DNA from: an uncultured Gemmatimonadaceae bacterium
GTDB taxonomy: Bacteria > Gemmatimonadota > Gemmatimonadetes > Gemmatimonadales > Gemmatimonadaceae
Assembly (NCBI GenBank): GCA_963781585.1
Contig: CAWAGQ010000008.1
Location: 1-64,000 of the forward strand
Direction: 5' to 3'
DNA: 64,000 bases
Shown: positions 59,282 to 64,000 of the stretch, in pieces
Numbering within the stretch: position 1 is the first letter of the stretch
How the letters are laid out: each line of letters starts with the position of its first letter
Position numbers and translations under genes: made by a program
Notes under the pieces: generated by a model
What the model saw: the letters and a program-made list of their open reading frames with translations, nothing else
Told to the model about the DNA's origin: nothing
The model's database searches: none

Positions 59282-59441
59282 GGGCAGGGTCCACGTGGGC
59301 ACCCCAACAATACCGCACGCCACCGCGCTCGGTCAGGCCGGACCCGACACCGTGCCCGCCGTTCCCCGATTGCCTCTGTCAGGTGTTGCGCCCACGGTTG
59401 CCGCAGCGGCGGGAGCGCCGCGGCTCCTGCCAGGAGGCATC

Positions 59442-59936
59442 ATGAAGGTCGAGACCCGAACCATCCTCGAGCAAGGTCTGGTTGCCGGCGTCCTGGGACA
59501 TATCGCCGTCGCCGTGGTCTTCGCCGTGGTGAATGTCGCCGCGGGACGCTCGGTGTTCTACACGCCGGCCCTCCTCGGCGCATCGCTGTTCTACGGCCTG
59601 ACCGATCCGGCGCAGCTGCAGATTCAGGCCGGATACATCTTCGCCTACAACGGGACCCACCTCCTGGTGTTCATGACGCTCGGCATCATCGGGGCGTGGA
59701 TGGCTTTCATCGCCGACAAGGGATCACAGCTCTGGTACCTGGCGATCTTCTTCTTCCTGTTCGTGGCGTTTCACATCTTCGGCTTTATCCAGCTGCTGGC
59801 CCAGCCGCTGCGTGAGTCCTTCTCCGACGTCGAGCTGTGGGCCGCGGGGTTCGTTGCCACCAGTGTGATGGTGGCGTATCTGCTCCGAGTGCACCCGCTG
59901 GTTCGGGCGGAGCTCGCGCACTGGCACGAGACGTAG
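59442..59936 (+). CDS. Hypothetical integral membrane protein (about 4 TM)
   Basis: SD AGGAGG; GLVAGVLG..FYTPALLG..YNGTH. Confidence 0.75.
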   Translation: MKVETRTILEQGLVAGVLGHIAVAVVFAVVNVAAGRSVFYTPALLGASLFYGLTDPAQLQIQAGYIFAYNGTHLLVFMTLGIIGAWMAFIADKGSQLWYLAIFFFLFVAFHIFGFIQLLAQPLRESFSDVELWAAGFVATSVMVAYLLRVHPLVRAELAHWHET

Positions 59937-60008
59937 CGGGCCTTGGTCGTGCCTGCGGGGTCACCCCGCGGGCTCACGGTCTCCAGTCGCCGGCACCACC
60001 CGGGATGC

Positions 60009-61805
60009 CTAACGCTTCGCGGGCACGATGCCGCTGGAGATGATGAACATCCGCCCGGAGTGATATCCGTTCACACCGCTCCAGGCCGACGTGACGAGCA
60101 GGTCGATCGTGCCGTCGCCGTCCACGTCGCCGATCCCGACCGCGTCGAACCCGAAGGTGTCGCCGGGAATGCGACAGGTGTACGTGCGCAGCAGCCGGCC
60201 GTCCTTCCCCGAGTAGAGATACGCTCGTCCGCCCGACACCGCCTCGCCGGCGTACTGCCACGATCCCACGATCAGATCGGCGTGCCCGTCGCCGTCCACG
60301 TCACCGGCGCCGGCCGGGCCAATCCCGAATCCCTCTCCCGCCGTCTCCCCCGTCAATGTCAGCAGGCGATGGCCGTCGGCGCCCGAGTGCACGTAGATGC
60401 GTCCGGTGGATGGCCCTTTGGCCGCGTTGGTGAAATCCGATGCGTAGACGTCAGGCACGCCGTCGCCGTCCAGATCGCCCGGCACCGACACGAACATGGC
60501 GCCTAACGCCTGGCCGGTGGAGTCCGAGTCGATCTCGAAGCGCGGTGTGGTGGTCAGGCCCGGGTAGACGAACGTGACGCCGGTGTGGTGCGCACCGGCG
60601 CCCGGGGCGCCAGCGATCAGAAACGTGTGGCCCGCGTCGCTGTAACCGCCGACCGTGCTCCCCAGCGCGTCGTTCTCGCGCCCGCCGGTGAGCGTGAGCA
60701 GCACGTGGCCGTCCTTCCCCGAAAAGACGTAGGCCCGGCCCGCCCGCTTGCCGCCGGCGGCGTTTCCGGGCGCCCCCACCATCACGTCGGCGTGCCCGTC
60801 ATGATCCACGTCGCCGACGCCTGCCACGTGCTGCCCGAACTGATCATTCGCCGCCTCGGCCGCGAACGTGAGCAGGACGCGCCCGTCCTTCCCCGAGAAC
60901 ACGAACGCCTTCCCGGCCCCTGGTGCACCGGCCACCACGTCCGCCACTCCGTCACCATCAGTGTCGCCGGCGCGCTCCACACCGGTCCCCAGCCGCGCCC
61001 CGGGCGTGCCGTCGGCCTGCCAGAGCAGGCGACCACCGCGGCTGGAATAGACGTACACGCGGCCGGCGTTCGCGCCGTTCACGTTCTTCGTCGGCGCCGA
61101 GGTCACTACGTCCTCGGCCCCGTCGCCGTCCACGTCGCCCATGCTGCGGGCGATCCACCCGAACTGGTCGTTGATCGCCTCGCCGTCCCACTCGCGGACG
61201 ATCGTGACCGGTTCCACGAATGGATTGGCGAATTCCGCTCTGGCCGGCAGCAGCGCCTCGAGTCGCGGATCGTCGCGCATGACGGCGAACGCCGTGTCGG
61301 CCTGGACCTGCGTCATGTCGAGCTTGTGCGTGGCGCGAGCCCTCGCGAGCCACTCCAGGGCGTGGTCGCGATCCGCCATGCTCGCGTAGATCGCGGCGAC
61401 GTTGTAGAACGCGGGCGGAAAGTCTGGCTCGATGGTGAGCGCGCGCTGGTACGCGCCCAGGGCCGCAGGATAGCGCGCCATCTGCCGGTAGACGTAGCCG
61501 AGCGTGCGCCAGGCACGCGCATTGGTCGGCTCGCGTGTGGTCACCGCCTCGAGGATCCGGGCCGCGGCGGTCGTGTCGCCCGCCTGGAGCCGCGCCATGG
61601 CGTCCGGAATGCCCGGCACCCTGGTCGGCTGCGAGCCGGCGGCCGATGCCAGGACGAGCGTCGCGCCTAACGAGATCCGGCATACAAGCGCCGCGACGCG
61701 TCGTGAACACAGTGGTTCGGCGGTCCGCGGCAGTTCGACGCCAGTCTGCTCGCGCGGACGGCGCACCGGGGCGGCGGGAACGTACCGCGAAGCGAAGACC
61801 GGCAT
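60009..61805 (-). CDS. TPR plus integrin-alpha/FG-GAP repeat protein
   Basis: TPR helices (AWRTLG..YQRAL..YNVA); repeated GDVDGDG..VGAP..GRAYVFSG. Confidence 0.88.
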   Translation of the reverse strand: MPVFASRYVPAAPVRRPREQTGVELPRTAEPLCSRRVAALVCRISLGATLVLASAAGSQPTRVPGIPDAMARLQAGDTTAAARILEAVTTREPTNARAWRTLGYVYRQMARYPAALGAYQRALTIEPDFPPAFYNVAAIYASMADRDHALEWLARARATHKLDMTQVQADTAFAVMRDDPRLEALLPARAEFANPFVEPVTIVREWDGEAINDQFGWIARSMGDVDGDGAEDVVTSAPTKNVNGANAGRVYVYSSRGGRLLWQADGTPGARLGTGVERAGDTDGDGVADVVAGAPGAGKAFVFSGKDGRVLLTFAAEAANDQFGQHVAGVGDVDHDGHADVMVGAPGNAAGGKRAGRAYVFSGKDGHVLLTLTGGRENDALGSTVGGYSDAGHTFLIAGAPGAGAHHTGVTFVYPGLTTTPRFEIDSDSTGQALGAMFVSVPGDLDGDGVPDVYASDFTNAAKGPSTGRIYVHSGADGHRLLTLTGETAGEGFGIGPAGAGDVDGDGHADLIVGSWQYAGEAVSGGRAYLYSGKDGRLLRTYTCRIPGDTFGFDAVGIGDVDGDGTIDLLVTSAWSGVNGYHSGRMFIISSGIVPAKR

Positions 61806-62125
61806 CAGCGTCCTCCATATGGGGGTCAGGCGCGCAGCCGCGAGCAGCCGTGAACTCCGGTCACCGATCGCTCCGCAACGCGCGAGGAGCAAGTGAGTCT
61901 TGCCGTCGGCCTCCCGAGCCGCCAGCCACATGGGACAGGCCGCGAGGTTGGCGGGGCCGGAAGCGGCGCCGCTACCCGATCGGCACGAAGCGCAACGCCG
62001 CCGAATCGATGCAGTCGCGGCGGCCGGTGGGGCGCGAGCCGTCGTCGAACGCCCGGATGCGCGTCGCACCGCTTGCACCGCACTTCGCTCTCGTCAGGCG
62101 TTCGCGGTGCCAGCTGGCCGGTCTC

Positions 62126-63745
62126 TCAGGTGCCGCCCCCGCTCCGTGTTCGCCCCGGCGGACGGCGCAGCACGCGGCCCGGACGTGCATCGGTGAAGAC
62201 GTTCGTGTCCACCACCGGGACGCCGTTCACGATCACGTAGGGGATCCCTTCGGCATAGTGGTGGGGATCGTCGAAGGTTCCGACGTCGCGCACGGTGGCG
62301 GCATCGAAGATGGCGAGGTTCGCCGCGCAGCCCTGGTGGAGACATCCCTGATCGGCGAGCCCGAGTCGCGCCGCCGGCATGCCGGTCATCTTCCGCACCG
62401 CGGTCTCCAGCGTGAGGACGTGCACATCGCGCACGTAGTGGCCGAGTACGCGGGGGAACGTACCGTAGTTCCGGGGATGCGGGACGCCGTCTCCGGGTCT
62501 CGTCAGGCGACCGTCGCTCGCGATCATCGTCATCGGATGCGCCATGATGCGCTTCACATCGCCCTCGTCCATCACGTGGTACACCATCGACCCACCGCCC
62601 TTCAGCACGTCGTCGAGGACGATCGGCGCGGCGTTTTCGGGCGTCGGCTGCAGCCCCTGCCGCACCACCTGGTCGTAGAGTGTCCTGCCGTTGAGCGTGG
62701 CATCCCAGCCCACCCGCGCAAACTGAACCCGTTTGAGATCGCCGCCGCCGCGGTCGTTCAGCAGAAACTCCACCACGCCGCGGGTGATGCTGTCCTTGAG
62801 CACGGGATCGGCGAGCCGCTTGCGCAGTTCGCCGGTGCCGCCGGCAAGCGCCCACGGCGGTACCAGCACATCGAGCCCGGTGGAGCTCGCGGTGTAGGGA
62901 TACTGATCCATCATCACGTCGGTGCCGGCTTTCCTCGCCGAGTCGACCATGTGCAGCGTGACGACGCTCTTCCCCCACATCAGCCGGCCGATGGCCTTGT
63001 GGTGGGTGAGCACGACCGGAATGCGCGCGCGGCGTCCGATCTCAAGCGCCTCGGCGACGCCTTCGAGCAGGCCCACGCCTTCCTCGCGAAGGTGAGACGT
63101 ATAGATGCCGCCCGAGTCGCCGGCCACCTGCGACAGCGCGACCACTTCATCGGTCTTCGAGTAGAAGCCCGGGATGTAGCGGAGGCCGGTGCTCATGCCG
63201 AACGCGCCCTCGCCCATCGACTCGGCGACCATCTGCTTCATGCGCGCGAGCTCGGCGGGGGTTGGGTCGCGGTTCTCGGTGCCCATGACGCGGCGACGGA
63301 TGGTGTTGTGTCCGGCCAGGAAGGCGACGTTCATGCCGAGCGGACGCGCGGCCACCGAATCGAGATACGCGCCGAACGGATACGGCCCGCCGCCATCCGG
63401 ACCGCCTAACGCCAGAGTCACGCCCTGCCGCACCGCGCTCTGGGCGTCGGGCATCACCAGGATCGGGTCGAGGTGAGCGTGGAGGTCGATGAACCCGGGC
63501 GCGACGATCAGGCCGGACGCGTTGATGACCCGTTTGGCCGACGACGACGGGATCGGGGTGCGCGACAGCGCGACCACCCGGTCTCCGGTGATGGCGACGT
63601 CGGCGCGATATCGGGCGGCGCCGGTGCCGTCGATGACGGTACCGCCGGCGATGACGAGATCGTAGCGCGGCGCCTGGGCAGCAGTCGGTGTCGCGATCGA
63701 CGAAGCGATCGACACGATTATTGCGACAGCGAAGTCTCGACGCAT
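62126..63745 (-). CDS. N-acyl-D-amino-acid deacylase
   Basis: Signal peptide; APGFIDLHAH; SHLREE; DQYPY; HPRNYGTFPRVLG. Confidence 0.92.
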   Translation of the reverse strand: MRRDFAVAIIVSIASSIATPTAAQAPRYDLVIAGGTVIDGTGAARYRADVAITGDRVVALSRTPIPSSSAKRVINASGLIVAPGFIDLHAHLDPILVMPDAQSAVRQGVTLALGGPDGGGPYPFGAYLDSVAARPLGMNVAFLAGHNTIRRRVMGTENRDPTPAELARMKQMVAESMGEGAFGMSTGLRYIPGFYSKTDEVVALSQVAGDSGGIYTSHLREEGVGLLEGVAEALEIGRRARIPVVLTHHKAIGRLMWGKSVVTLHMVDSARKAGTDVMMDQYPYTASSTGLDVLVPPWALAGGTGELRKRLADPVLKDSITRGVVEFLLNDRGGGDLKRVQFARVGWDATLNGRTLYDQVVRQGLQPTPENAAPIVLDDVLKGGGSMVYHVMDEGDVKRIMAHPMTMIASDGRLTRPGDGVPHPRNYGTFPRVLGHYVRDVHVLTLETAVRKMTGMPAARLGLADQGCLHQGCAANLAIFDAATVRDVGTFDDPHHYAEGIPYVIVNGVPVVDTNVFTDARPGRVLRRPPGRTRSGGGT

Positions 63746-63960
63746 GGGACGCCTACCGAGTGTCGGGGTTCTTTCTTCCTCTGCCCTTTGGCCTTCGAGC
63801 CTGCTGCCTGGCCTCTGCCCTTTGGCCTCCGACCTTTGGCCCTATCCGGTAGCCAAGTTACCGCCCGCATCCCGGGCTCGCTAACGCCGAGCCGTGCGAA
63901 GCGCTAACATCGGTCGGCCGGCAGCGCAGCCCGGCGTTGATTCCTCTCACGAGGACCCGC

Positions 63961-64000
63961 GTGGCCTTTCCTGAATACTCCGCCTACGACGCCACCGGCC
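63961..64000 (+). CDS. 5' end of a probable amidase (runs off the window)
   Basis: SD GAGGA, then GTG-AFPEYSAYDATG, resembling amidase N-termini; only 13 codons visible. Confidence 0.4.
   Translation, partial: MAFPEYSAYDATG

Noticed and set aside
58872..59441. N-terminal extension of the 354-aa ORF
   Set aside because: Overlaps the CRTAC1-like gene antisense; a strong SD supports the start at 59442
23398..63907. Long opposite-strand and alternative-frame ORFs (e.g. 50255..52354, 61535..63409, 46472..47893, 57089..58459)
   Set aside because: Shadow ORFs expected in high-GC DNA; Arg/His/Pro-rich, no motifs, and fully overlapping well-supported genes

Overview
High-GC bacterial window. The gene content (VPS10-type hydrolase, kinase-TolB fusion, FG-GAP proteins, Uma2 paralogues) suggests Gemmatimonadota, but this is inference. 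It has two parts. (1) About 1-23.4 kb is a decaying defence/toxin-antitoxin island. It holds a multiply frameshifted McrB-like gene, three broken copies of an HP0729-like gene with a C-terminal HEPN-type RNRAAH motif, an IS21 remnant fused to a truncated tcmP next to a DUF5131 (Gp37/Gp68) gene, an AAA-DUF4143 ATPase, a DUF2075 nuclease-helicase, an orphan AbiEi, five apparently intact type II TA pairs, many TA gene fragments, three Uma2 endonucleases and ilvE. It also holds a DUF3800 gene whose 3' end is overlapped by a structured antisense ncRNA candidate with its own sigma70-like promoter; this is the best candidate for a little-described system. (2) About 23.5-64 kb is mostly intact core-like genes: exported hydrolases and peptidases, GH29, APC permeases, two D-aminoacylases, a Ser/Thr kinase, a stand-alone infA and a vapBC pair. 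This part carries a strongly recurrent octamer, GCCTAACG/CGTTAGGC, and a REP-like repeat that has entered coding frames. No rRNA, tRNA, CRISPR array or integrase was found. All family assignments come from motif recognition by eye, not from database searches.
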